Shown: positions 29,221 through 39,158 of the stretch, one piece after another
Layout: each line of letters opens with the position of its first letter
Numbering within the stretch: the first letter of the stretch is position 1
Source of the DNA: a virus
Strand: one strand, 5' to 3'
DNA length: 64,000 nt
IMG/VR virus record: IMGVR_UViG_3300027852_001277
Notes under the pieces: model-generated
Told to the model about the DNA's origin: nothing
The model's input: the letters and a program-made list of their open reading frames with translations, nothing else
Databases searched by the model: none
Made by a program: the position numbers and the translations under genes

Positions 29221-29324
29221 AGATATTGGAGGCTGAGATATAGCAAACGGTATTATGGCCCCTCGAATTTCATCTCAGCTGATCCGTTGTTCATTGCCAT
29301 ACAGCACTAAGGCCTCCAACATCT
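29221..29324 (-). ncRNA. candidate structured RNA or terminator-like element
   Basis: 13-bp stem 29221-29233/29312-29324 (G-U on -), followed on - by a U-rich run; alternative 8-bp helix 29232-29239/29272-29279. Confidence 0.4.
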
Positions 29325-29350
29325 ACTTTTAATTTCCTTACATTATAATG

Positions 29351-29610
29351 TTATATCTTTTTTACTGAGCAGTGTTTGATTTCCCAGCCGAAACTTCTCC
29401 ATCGGGCTTCAGTTGGTCCTTGAAACTTAAATTCTGTATCCATTCCAAGTTCGACTTCTAGACTCTCTGATGTAGGCTCACATGCACTACATGTTATTAT
29501 GCTGGCTAAGTTACAAGAGTTTACAGGGTATGCTCTATCATGCCTAAGTATATCTATGGGAAGCTAGACTTACCTATAATTGTAAAGGTGTGGTGATACT
29601 TAAGTGCCGT
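29351..29610 (-). pseudogene. frameshifted small phage gene (FPxDxLRxD...PTxARWxSFGW family)
   Basis: RBS followed by ACG; one-base deletion near 29560; restoring it gives an 86-aa ORF. Confidence 0.6.
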
Positions 29611-29658
29611 AATTAAATCTCCTTGTGCGTATTTTTCGCTATTCTGCACAAACGATTT

Positions 29659-31320
29659 TCAAATTCGAGTATGTACTTGCTTTGTTGGACGCTTCGTTGA
29701 TTTATTCTCTCTGGTCAGGTCACGTATATTTACTCTATTTTTAAACACCTTTAGCATTATTTTTTCACTGCTCAATATAAATGATTCGTTATGGTATGAA
29801 TGACCCATAAAGTGAGCCCACTCATGACATGCTGTAAATAGCATCCTAATTGCCATTTCTTTCCAGGTTAGACTTTCGAATACTGATGGGTTAACAAGGA
29901 AATATCCATCTTTTACTTCTGCTTCTTTATCAGGAATGTCAACCAACCCGTAGCCAAAAACTTTGTCCTCTTTGTGTAAACAATTCGCGACCTTTCGGAT
30001 AGCCATTTTCCATAGCATAGCTGTCTTGTAAGTTTTATGTGTGGTAAACCTTCGCATAATCTTGTTGTTAGGTTCTCTATCTGTTATAATGATGAAGCCT
30101 TCTGGGAACCCTTGCTTATACATCTGGATGCACTTATCCATGTACCAAGTGTTGTGTTTTATAGTCACGAGCCTTTTCACCACTTTATCTGTACTCTTAG
30201 CACAGAATTTTTCTAGCTGCACGGATCGGCCATTTATAAACTTATCTATATCTTCTTCAGTTACATCGTTAAGGTTTTTGTTAAAGAATGTTTCTAGGCT
30301 TTCGCTAAATTGTTTCCTGATTGTTTCGTACCCTTCGATCTCTTTTTCTCTGGTCAACAGTTGAACCTCAATGACATATTCCTTTGTTACGTTGAGCGAC
30401 TCCGATTCAACCGATAGAGTACTTATCATTTTCTGTACTTTATCGTTCCAATCCCCTATAAAGCCATCACGATTGGCTGTAAGACAATCGTAGGACTTAG
30501 TAGCTATATTAAAGATGTACGATTTGTCAAGTACAGTATAGATGTTAAACATATAAAGACCACGAGTTTGGATTATTACTAAACCAGATGGATACGTATC
30601 CTCTCGTTCATAAAGACTACCCAAACCATCGATGTTATAAATGCATTTCCCTTTTCGAGCCTGGTTTATATCAATTAACTTCTTCTCCAGTTTGTCAGAA
30701 GAGGATTTGATCTCTATAGAAGGGAAACTACAGTTCTCACAAAAGCCGACTAAACCATCGATGGTATAACTGTATTTCCCTTTCTGAGCCTGGTTCCTAT
30801 TAATGAACTTCTTCTCTGAGTTGTCGGAAGAGAATTGGATCTCTATAGAAGGGAGACTACAGTTCTTACAAAAGTCAACTAACTTATCCAAGATGTAGGT
30901 AACTTTTCCGTTGGTACGGATAATACTTCTTGTACCAACTCTCTTAATTGTCTTCTCAATCTTATAGCTTCCTCCTTTACCATGGACTAAATTGTCTCTA
31001 CTATGAATATTCCATTCAGGCCATGAGAAGTACAGGATTTCTTTGGCCTTCCCCAAGCCGCCAACAGCATCCTTATTATTTTTAAAGGAACCACCAAGAG
31101 TTAGTAAACTCCCTTCGATAATATCTTGGCTCATACCTTGACCATCATCTTCAAACACCAGGTAGTCACCATTTAGATGGACTTTGATTTGTTTCGCACC
31201 TGCATCAACAGAGTTTTGAATGAACTCTCGAACAAGTGCTTTTCCCCAGTTTGTGTATTCTTTGATAGCCATCCGCAAGAAATAATCGATTGGTATGTTA
31301 ACCTGTTTGAAGTCTTTCAC
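29659..31320 (-). CDS. GHKL (HATPase_c/Hsp90-like) ATPase with C-terminal HExxH motif
   Basis: REFIQNSVDA, EDDGQGM, GGLGKAK; CHEWAH...HNESF. Confidence 0.85.
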   Translation of the reverse strand: MKDFKQVNIPIDYFLRMAIKEYTNWGKALVREFIQNSVDAGAKQIKVHLNGDYLVFEDDGQGMSQDIIEGSLLTLGGSFKNNKDAVGGLGKAKEILYFSWPEWNIHSRDNLVHGKGGSYKIEKTIKRVGTRSIIRTNGKVTYILDKLVDFCKNCSLPSIEIQFSSDNSEKKFINRNQAQKGKYSYTIDGLVGFCENCSFPSIEIKSSSDKLEKKLIDINQARKGKCIYNIDGLGSLYEREDTYPSGLVIIQTRGLYMFNIYTVLDKSYIFNIATKSYDCLTANRDGFIGDWNDKVQKMISTLSVESESLNVTKEYVIEVQLLTREKEIEGYETIRKQFSESLETFFNKNLNDVTEEDIDKFINGRSVQLEKFCAKSTDKVVKRLVTIKHNTWYMDKCIQMYKQGFPEGFIIITDREPNNKIMRRFTTHKTYKTAMLWKMAIRKVANCLHKEDKVFGYGLVDIPDKEAEVKDGYFLVNPSVFESLTWKEMAIRMLFTACHEWAHFMGHSYHNESFILSSEKIMLKVFKNRVNIRDLTRENKSTKRPTKQVHTRI

Positions 31321-31328
31321 GAACCCTC

Positions 31329-32243
31329 CTAACTTTTATTTTTTTCCTTCTCCAGAGTATCTTTTGCAATTTCCGTATCTCGCTTTACTTTAATAGGTGT
31401 ATCCTTAAGAGAAGTAAGTTTGTTATATTTACACCAAAAACTTCCCGCTACTTTTGTAAGAGTGCCTTTGATGAAGTGTAGATTGTCAAACCTACACCAA
31501 AAACTTTCTCCTACTTCTTTAGGAGCTCCTTCGAGGGAGTAAAGCTCGTTACTGCTGCACCAAAAATCTCCTCCTATTTCTTTAGGAGCGCCTTCAATGG
31601 AGTGGAGCTTGTTACCGTTACATTCAAAATTTCCTCCTACTTTAACAGGTGCACCTTCGAGAGAGGTGAGATCGTTATAGCTACACCAGAAATTTCCTCC
31701 TACTTCTTTAGGAGCTCCTTCGAGGGAGCAAAGCTCGTTACTGCTGCACCAAAAATCTCCTCCTACTTTTATAGGGGAACCCTTAAGAGAAGTAAGCTTA
31801 TTATAGCTGCACCAAAAACCTCCTACTATTTCTTTAGGTGCGTCTTTGAGAGAAACAAGCTTGTTGTTACTGCACCAAAAATCTCCTCCTACTTTTACAG
31901 GAGCACCTTTGAGAGAAGTAAGCTCGTTGTTACTATTACAATAAAAACTTCCTCCTACTTTAACAGGTGCATCCTTGAGAGAAGTAAGCTCGTTATCCCT
32001 ACAATCAAAATTTTCCCCTATTTTTGTAGGAGTGTTTTTTAGCGAAGTGAGTTTGTTTTTACTACAATCAAAACTTCCAGTAACTGTACCGAACTTAAAA
32101 GGGAGAGACTCCGTATTCCTAATAAGAAAGACGTTACCTTCTACATAATAAATGTTATCTTTTAATGTGTAAGTTCCATCTATCTGAAAGTATGATTCGA
32201 AATCATCTTCATTTTTACATTTTAGTTCATTAACTATTTGCAT
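31329..32243 (-). CDS. LRR-solenoid protein #4 (10 units plus partial, no canonical C-cap)
   Basis: N-cap and repeats. Confidence 0.9.
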   Translation of the reverse strand: MQIVNELKCKNEDDFESYFQIDGTYTLKDNIYYVEGNVFLIRNTESLPFKFGTVTGSFDCSKNKLTSLKNTPTKIGENFDCRDNELTSLKDAPVKVGGSFYCNSNNELTSLKGAPVKVGGDFWCSNNKLVSLKDAPKEIVGGFWCSYNKLTSLKGSPIKVGGDFWCSSNELCSLEGAPKEVGGNFWCSYNDLTSLEGAPVKVGGNFECNGNKLHSIEGAPKEIGGDFWCSSNELYSLEGAPKEVGESFWCRFDNLHFIKGTLTKVAGSFWCKYNKLTSLKDTPIKVKRDTEIAKDTLEKEKNKS

Positions 32244-32523
32244 ACTTTTACTTTCTTACAAATGTGGTGGTTTTGAATGAACTCTCGAATGATTGTATAT
32301 CAAATAAAAAATTATTTAACATTTAACTATTGATCTCCTTCAGGACTAATTTGGAATTGACACAAAGATTTGATATTTGCCGTTCCTCAACTATGTCGCA
32401 AATTGTCATACAACAATCATTACACTTTAAGAAAAATGTTTTTCCGCCATCGACACTATCGATAGTTAAACGATGGTGGTAGTGTTTTATGAGCTCCGAT
32501 AACTTCATTTTTTTCGCCCTCCT

Positions 32524-32772
32524 TCAATGTGAATGATACTTCCGTCTTTTTAATTCATCTCTTGCGTAGTGTGCATCTAAACTCTTCATAGAAGAAACGT
32601 AATCGGAATAAAGAAAAAGACAACCAATAAAATTGGAAAATTTTTTAAAAAATCCCCAAGTAGATTCCTTTCCCTCTTTTTCAGCTTTATACCTCTCGTA
32701 TTGTGCTACAATTTCTCTTAATTCTTCAATAGATTTATTTCTAATATCAACTATAGTTATGGCTCTTATCAT
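32524..32772 (-). CDS. hypothetical protein
   Basis: ORF between LRR genes. Confidence 0.5.
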   Translation of the reverse strand: MIRAITIVDIRNKSIEELREIVAQYERYKAEKEGKESTWGFFKKFSNFIGCLFLYSDYVSSMKSLDAHYARDELKRRKYHSH

Positions 32773-32833
32773 TCCATCAATGTTCGCTTCATGATCATCT
32801 ACTGATGGTGGAATTATGACCTTCCTTTCAAGG

Positions 32834-33571
32834 CTACGCTATCTTATAGGAGCGTTTATTTTCTTGCTTCGTCAAGTTATTCCCATTACAATAAAAATTT
32901 CCCCCTACTTTAACAGGTGCACCTTCAAGAGAGGTGAGATTGTTATAGCTACACCAAAAATTTCCTCCTACTTCTTTAGGAGCACCTTTTAGGGAAACAA
33001 GGTTATTTCTATAACACCAAAAAGCTCTTCCTACTTTTATAGGAGCGCCTTCGAGGGAAGTAAGCTTATTAAACCTACAATCAAAACTTCCTCCTACTTC
33101 TTCAGGAGCGCCTTTCAGTGTGGTGATCTTGTTGTCGTCACACCAAAAACTTCCTCCTACTTCAACAGGTGAACCTTTAAGTGAGACGAGTTCATTTTCA
33201 CTACACCAAAAATGCCCCCCTACTTTTTTCGGAGCTCCTTCAAGAAAGGTAAGGCTATTTTCACTGCAATCAAAATCCCTTCCTACTTCTTTAGGAGCGC
33301 CCTCAAGGGAGATTAGGTTATTTTCACTGCAATCAAAATCTTTTCCTACTTTAACAGGTGCACCTTTAAGTGAGGTGAGCCTTTTGTTACTACAATCAAA
33401 ACTTCCAGTAACTGTACCGAACTTAAATGGGAAAGACTCTACTTTCCTGATGAGGAAGACGTTACCCTTAACATCATAAACTTCATCTCTTACTGAGTAA
33501 GTTCCCTCTACCTTGAAGTACGATTCGAAATCATCTTCGTTAGGCGTTATCTCCGGTTCATTTTCACGCAT
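32834..33571 (-). CDS. LRR-solenoid protein #5 (8 units, no canonical C-cap)
   Basis: N-cap and repeats. Confidence 0.9.
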   Translation of the reverse strand: MRENEPEITPNEDDFESYFKVEGTYSVRDEVYDVKGNVFLIRKVESFPFKFGTVTGSFDCSNKRLTSLKGAPVKVGKDFDCSENNLISLEGAPKEVGRDFDCSENSLTFLEGAPKKVGGHFWCSENELVSLKGSPVEVGGSFWCDDNKITTLKGAPEEVGGSFDCRFNKLTSLEGAPIKVGRAFWCYRNNLVSLKGAPKEVGGNFWCSYNNLTSLEGAPVKVGGNFYCNGNNLTKQENKRSYKIA

Positions 33572-33615
33572 TTGATACCTCCTAATAATTGCGTTTTCTC
33601 TATTCCCTTCTTAAG

Positions 33616-34611
33616 TTATAAGTTTACCTTAAACTTTCGAGGAAATCTCTTTTTTACCTCTTCTATAGTAAACACTTTTTTATTACCAGTACAATCAAAA
33701 GTTCCCACTACTTCTTCAGGAGCACCTTCAAGGGAAGTTAGTTCGTTATAGCTACACCAAAAATTCCCCATTACTTCTTTAGGTGCATATTTTAGGGAAG
33801 TGAGCTTATTAAACCTACAATCAAAACTTCCTTCTATTTTAACAGGGGCGCCTTTCAGTGTTGTGAGCTTGTTGTCGTTACACCAAAAAGTTCCCCCTAC
33901 TTCTTCGGGAGCACCTTCAAGAGAGGTTAGTTCGTTTTCACTACACCAAAAAGTCCCACCTACTTTTTTAGTAGCGATTTCGAGCGAGATAAGGTTATTT
34001 CTGATACACCTAAAATCTCTTCCTACTTTAGCAGGTGCTCCTTTCAGAGAGGTGAGGTTATTTTCGCGACAATCAAAATCTCTTCCGACTTCTTCGGGAG
34101 CACCTTCAAGAGAAACAAGCTTATTTTCGTTACACCAAAAATCTTCTCCTACTTTTTCGGGAGCGCCTTCAAGGGAGATGAGGTTATTTTCGCTACAACC
34201 AAAATCTCTTCCTACTTCTTTAGGTGCGCCCTCAAGAGAGGTAAGGCTATTTTCACTGCAATCAAAATCTTTTCCTACTTTAGTAGGTGCTCCTTTCAGA
34301 GAGGTGAGGTTATTTTCGCGGCAATTAAAATCCCTTCCTACTTCCTTAGGGACGCCTATGAGGGATGTAAGGCTATTTTCACTGCAATCAAAATCTATTC
34401 CTACTTTAACAGGTGCGCCTTTAAGTGAGGTGAGCCCTTTGTTACTACAATCAAAAGTTCCCGTAACTATACCAAACTTAAAAGGGAGAGACTCCATATT
34501 CCTAAGAAGAAGGACGCCACCTTCTACATCATAAACGTTATCTTTTACTGTGTAAGTTCCCTCTATCTTGAAATACGATTCGAAAGTTCCTTGATTATTA
34601 ACTTCTTTCAT
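33616..34611 (-). CDS. LRR-solenoid protein #6 (12 units)
   Basis: N-cap, repeats, KVFTIEEV. Confidence 0.9.
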   Translation of the reverse strand: MKEVNNQGTFESYFKIEGTYTVKDNVYDVEGGVLLLRNMESLPFKFGIVTGTFDCSNKGLTSLKGAPVKVGIDFDCSENSLTSLIGVPKEVGRDFNCRENNLTSLKGAPTKVGKDFDCSENSLTSLEGAPKEVGRDFGCSENNLISLEGAPEKVGEDFWCNENKLVSLEGAPEEVGRDFDCRENNLTSLKGAPAKVGRDFRCIRNNLISLEIATKKVGGTFWCSENELTSLEGAPEEVGGTFWCNDNKLTTLKGAPVKIEGSFDCRFNKLTSLKYAPKEVMGNFWCSYNELTSLEGAPEEVVGTFDCTGNKKVFTIEEVKKRFPRKFKVNL

Positions 34612-34698
34612 TTTCCCATCTCCTCTATAGATTGTATAGCGACTACGCTTTCTTTTTTGATACCTATTTTTTAAATTTCTATAAGTTATAAGTTTCTA

Positions 34699-35388
34699 CT
34701 AAACTTTCGAGGAAATCTCTTTTCTTACTTCTTCTATAGTAAACACTTTTTTATTACCAGTACAATTAAAAACTCCTCCTACTTCTTTAGGAGCGCCTTT
34801 AAGAGAGCGTAGCTTGTTTCTATTGCAATAAAAAGTTTCTCCTACTTTTACAGGCGCACCTTTGAGAGAGCGGAGCTTGTTATGGCTACAATCAAAATCT
34901 CCTCCTACTTCTGTAGGAGCGCCTTCGAGAGAGCGGAGCTTGTTATTTCTACTACACCAAAAAGTTTTTCCTATTTTTACAGGTGCACCTTTGAGAGAGC
35001 GGAGCTTGTTAAACCTACAATCAAAGCTTCCTTTCTCTTCTTTAGGAGCGCCTTTAAGAGAGATAAGTCTATTTTTGCTGCAATCAAAATCTCCTCCTAC
35101 TTTTACAGGTGCACCTTCAAGAGATGTAAGCTTGTTATCGTTACATAAAAAATCTCCTCCTACTTCTTTAGGAGCGCCTTCGAGAGAAGTAAGGCTATTC
35201 CCATCACACCGAAAATCCATAGTAACCGTACCAAATTTAAAGAGAAGGGTTTTAACCTTCTTCTTAAGAATGATGTCACCATCGACATCATAAACTCCGT
35301 CTCTTACTTTATAAGTTCCTTTTATTTCGAAATACTTTTCGAAATTATCTTCGGTAGGCAATGCCTTTAATTTACTTTTACATTCCAT
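34699..35388 (-). CDS. LRR-solenoid protein #7 (7 units)
   Basis: N-cap, repeats, KVFTIEEV. Confidence 0.9.
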   Translation of the reverse strand: MECKSKLKALPTEDNFEKYFEIKGTYKVRDGVYDVDGDIILKKKVKTLLFKFGTVTMDFRCDGNSLTSLEGAPKEVGGDFLCNDNKLTSLEGAPVKVGGDFDCSKNRLISLKGAPKEEKGSFDCRFNKLRSLKGAPVKIGKTFWCSRNNKLRSLEGAPTEVGGDFDCSHNKLRSLKGAPVKVGETFYCNRNKLRSLKGAPKEVGGVFNCTGNKKVFTIEEVRKEISSKV

Positions 35389-35597
35389 TGTATTTTCTCC
35401 ACTTATGCTATACTAATTTGCGGCCAAAACTCTTTCAATTGTGTTTTGGCTCTATGACCATTGGTGGTAATTTGGTCAACAGATCCTATACTTCTTGAAT
35501 GACTCATAAATGATGAGCAAACTGCATCATTTGTTTTAAAATTTCAATATCCATCTTTCCTTGTGCCTTAAAGTTTGGTTCAAAATATTACTTACAC

Positions 35598-35930
35598 TTA
35601 CTTACAATTTTTTGCATCATTAGTTGATGCTGATGGGCTACAGAGTGTCGAATCTTTGGTAACAACTAAGTTGAAGTTAATAAATTCGATTGGTTTTTTC
35701 AGTGTGCAAAGTATTGTTCCCCCCTTTTCATCAAATTTAAAATATCCTATATACTTTCCTTTATAGTAACACTTATTATCCTTTAAAGAGTACAAATGAG
35801 AATTGTGAAGATTGTTACATACGAAAGCTATACATAGAGCAGGATGATTCTCGAATAATGTTTTAGTAAACATTTTATTTATAGCATCTTGAAAAGAGCT
35901 ATAAATAATATCTCGTATTGGGTAGACCAT
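35598..35930 (-). CDS. hypothetical protein
   Basis: 3' end duplicated at 38871-38930. Confidence 0.5.
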   Translation of the reverse strand: MVYPIRDIIYSSFQDAINKMFTKTLFENHPALCIAFVCNNLHNSHLYSLKDNKCYYKGKYIGYFKFDEKGGTILCTLKKPIEFINFNLVVTKDSTLCSPSASTNDAKNCK

Positions 35931-36017
35931 TTGATTTCTCCTTTAGATTATAGTTCTTTTTTCATTCTTTTGAAGACTTTATCTATGCCACGAAAAGCAG
36001 AATCTTTTTGCAGCTAC

Positions 36018-36363
36018 TTAGAAACCATTCTAGTCATTTGAATCATTCAGGTAGTTGTAGTTAGCAAGGAACTTTTCTAGGGTAGATACTGTTTGCCCTT
36101 CGATACGACAATTTTTTCCGTCGTGCTCTAGCACTGTGACTTCAATCATTGTTCTGAACCAACAAGCAAACATTTTCTTTCACCATTCTTATAAGTCTTC
36201 GTATGCTTATACGATTGTTATTACGTTGCGTGTTACCTTTATTAAAGAGAGATACTCCCCACTCATAGTTCTGGTTTTGAACCTTTCTCCTACTTTGTCT
36301 GCAGAAAGTTTGAACGACTCTTGCACTGCTTGTAGTTCCGTATATTTTAAAATATTCTTCTAA
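36018..36363 (-). repeat. mosaic of three copied fragments
   Basis: 36018-36137 = 53887-54006; 36223-36333 ~ 56431-56541; 36334-36363 = 40670-40699. Confidence 0.85.
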
Positions 36364-36573
36364 ATCATCTAATCCTACGTTATAAAGTACATAAGTATTG
36401 GTTCTCTAGATTAGGACACATTCCCAAAAGTGTAAAAACATGATTACAAGCATTAAACGGATTTTTAGAAAATTCTTTAAATTCAACAACATGGTCTTTT
36501 CCACATCTAGCACAATTGGTGACTTTTAATTCCATCTTCTTTCTCCTTTGTCTTGTAAGGGCAACATGGAAAG

Positions 36574-36942
36574 TCAGATATTTTTTAATCGACATCGCTG
36601 CTTCTTACCTCTTTTTTTCCTTATCAACTCTACTAACACATCCCCATGACAAGGATTAGGTTTACACCAACATATTAAATCCTTGCCTCTCAACTCTCTC
36701 AATTTATTCAACTTATCCTGGTCACCTTCAAGATCTACTTTATACAGCCTTATTGCTTCTTTCCTTCCATAAGTAGTAACATTGTAATTGTTAGCCAAAG
36801 GAGACTCCTCTAAGTTGTAGGAAGCATTAAAGCGACCAATATATATAGCTTTACCACTGTCTATCAGTTCGTGAACTATCCTCTTTCTTTCTTTTGGGGT
36901 TTTAGCGAGATTCATTATATTAATTACTTTCATTATCTTCAT
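36574..36942 (-). CDS. DUF4326-like protein
   Basis: IYIGR, SPLANNY, LRGKDLICWCKPNPCHGDVL. Confidence 0.8.
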   Translation of the reverse strand: MKIMKVINIMNLAKTPKERKRIVHELIDSGKAIYIGRFNASYNLEESPLANNYNVTTYGRKEAIRLYKVDLEGDQDKLNKLRELRGKDLICWCKPNPCHGDVLVELIRKKRGKKQRCRLKNI

Positions 36943-36981
36943 CTTCTCCTTCCACTATTGTCCTTGTATTATCTCCTATCT

Positions 36982-37432
36982 TCAAACATAAATACTTTTT
37001 TCAACTCTGGATACTGCTTCTACTTCCTCTATAGTAAACAACTTTTTATTATTGTTACACCAAAAATCTTCTCCTACTTTTTTAGGAGCACCTTCAAGAG
37101 ATGTGAGGTTATTGAACCTACAACCAAAGTTTCTTCCTACTTCTATAGGAGCGCCTTCTAGCGAGGTGAGCTCGTTACCATCGCACCCAAAATCTTCTCC
37201 TACTTCTTTAGGTGCCCATTTCAGAGAGGTGAGGTTATTTTTACTGCAATCAAAAGTTCCCGTAACTATACCAAACCTAAAAGGCAAAGTTTCCATTTTT
37301 AATTAGTGTTACATTACCATTGACGTCATAAACTTCGTCTCTTACTGTATAAGTTCCGTCTACTTCGAAGTAGAGTTTGAAATCATCTTCGGCTGTCTTT
37401 AGTTTACTAGGCTCATCTTTTTTGGTATTCAT
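36982..37432 (-). pseudogene. LRR-solenoid gene #8, frameshifted in the N-cap (3 units plus C-cap)
   Basis: ORFs 37277..37468 and 36982..37296 join at an A5 run (37296-37300). Confidence 0.85.
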
Positions 37433-37490
37433 TTTAAACCTTCTCTTTAAGTTTAACATTGTAGACATATCTGGATAGTCATTGCCTTTC

Positions 37491-37805
37491 CTACATTCGT
37501 TGTATCTGTTTGCACATATCGAGAATCATCTCCTCATACTTGTCCTGTGGTAGTACATCTTCATCTATAAACCTTCCATCTAAAAATAACAATGATGAAA
37601 AAAATTTATCACCTAACCGCTTCTTGATTTTTTCGACTGTTTCAGCGCACTCCTCGGTAGTTCCCGTAACTCTACAAAATATTATGGCAGGTTTTTCTTC
37701 TGCTTCCGCCAAGTCTTCAAGTGTTGGGTCTGACCGGAACATAACCAAGTCCTTAATTGCTGGTTGTGCTTCTCCAAGTACATCCTTTAAATTTTTTTCA
37801 ACCAT
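37491..37805 (-). CDS. hypothetical protein
   Basis: KDLxMFRSDPTL also found in a fragment near 26280-26367. Confidence 0.55.
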   Translation of the reverse strand: MVEKNLKDVLGEAQPAIKDLVMFRSDPTLEDLAEAEEKPAIIFCRVTGTTEECAETVEKIKKRLGDKFFSSLLFLDGRFIDEDVLPQDKYEEMILDMCKQIQRM

Positions 37806-37921
37806 GATTGTACCTTCCTTGTAATTTGATTCTTGTAGCTGTTAATGATTTTCCCTTTTATTTTGGTTTCTTTCTACAAAGACTGTTAGCATGTGCTGCT
37901 AAAGCTTCCCACAATATTCCA

Positions 37922-38290
37922 TCACAATCTTTTCGTGATGGTATTTTTTTTAATATCTAAACCCTCAAATGGCTTAAACTTATTATAATTTAAATCGAGT
38001 TTACGACATAACTCTGCATGGATTTCTGATCTATGAAAAGAGTCCATTTGATCAGCTATTGAGTAGGCATACTGCTTAATAAGATGAGCATTTTCGTGTA
38101 AGTTTCTTATAAAGTGTCCGAGTGGATGCCCACTCTTATCATTACCAATCCATAAATTAACAATAAATGGAAGCATGTGAAATGCAGCGGAACAATCTTT
38201 TAAGTGTTTGTTTAGATCATCCATACTCTCAAAATTTGTCATACATGCACCACAATGTAATTGATGTAATTGACCAAGTTTCTTTGACAT
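37922..38290 (-). CDS. hypothetical protein with C2HC/C2H2-like zinc finger
   Basis: CGACMTNFESMDDLNKHLKDC. Confidence 0.6.
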   Translation of the reverse strand: MSKKLGQLHQLHCGACMTNFESMDDLNKHLKDCSAAFHMLPFIVNLWIGNDKSGHPLGHFIRNLHENAHLIKQYAYSIADQMDSFHRSEIHAELCRKLDLNYNKFKPFEGLDIKKNTITKRL

Positions 38291-38355
38291 ATCTTTACCT
38301 AACTATTTAATTATTTAATTATATCTAAAGTTTTCTTTAATCTATCAGGCTTGTA

Positions 38356-38862
38356 TTATTTTAATGCTTTTATTCTTTTAATGAGATCAGATGTAGAAAC
38401 ACCTTTCACTAAAGGAACCTGTAAAACTTTTCCTCCCTCACTTTCCACCACTTCCTGACCAATCACTGTTCCGCTGACCCAATCTGCTCCTTTTACTAGA
38501 AGATGAGGTTTAATAGCGACTATGAGTGTTAATGGATCTGGTTCGTCGAAAAGGATCACATAATCAACATCCGTAATAGCAGTGAGCATTTCTGCTCTCT
38601 GACCCTCAGGGATAATAGGTCTATTCTGTCCCTTAATAGATCGCACTGAATTATCGCTGTTTATGGCTACTATTAGTATATCACCATTTCTTTTTGCTTC
38701 TCGGAAAGACTGAATGTGTCCCACATGGAGAATATCAAAGCAGCCATTTGTAAAGACAATTTTTTCCCCATTTTCTTTCAACTCTTCGACTACTGAGATA
38801 AGCTCTGTTCGTAACTTAATTTTTGTAGCTGCCAATGATTTTCCCTCACTAATTTGGTTCAA
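38356..38862 (-). CDS. rfaE2: D-glycero-beta-D-manno-heptose 1-phosphate adenylyltransferase (RfaE/HldE domain II)
   Basis: VFTNGCFDILHVGH, AINSD, KGQNRPI, LVKGADW, STSDLI. Confidence 0.9.
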   Translation of the reverse strand: MNQISEGKSLAATKIKLRTELISVVEELKENGEKIVFTNGCFDILHVGHIQSFREAKRNGDILIVAINSDNSVRSIKGQNRPIIPEGQRAEMLTAITDVDYVILFDEPDPLTLIVAIKPHLLVKGADWVSGTVIGQEVVESEGGKVLQVPLVKGVSTSDLIKRIKALK

Positions 38863-39158
38863 AACATTTTTTACACTTACTTACAATTTTTGCATCATTA
38901 GTTGATGCTGATGGGCTACAGAGTGTCGAACCACAACCTTTACAAATTTGAAGTAAAAAACATCCGTTAGCAATTTCCCATTAGCAATACTTTTGATTTT
39001 TTCATCAGACAAATCCTTAATACGATCTGGAATTAATTTTGTAGCTAACATATGATCTCCTTTTATAATTTTCCAAATATACGTTTTCTGTTACAAGTAC
39101 ATAAGATTTAATTATTTTCATTTCTTCCTCTATTTGGTTGTTATCATTGTATTGTTTC

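Noticed and set aside
35408-35420. Inverted partial copy of the element B core (GCTATACTAATTT)
   Set aside because: Only ~12 bp in AT-rich DNA; could be chance.
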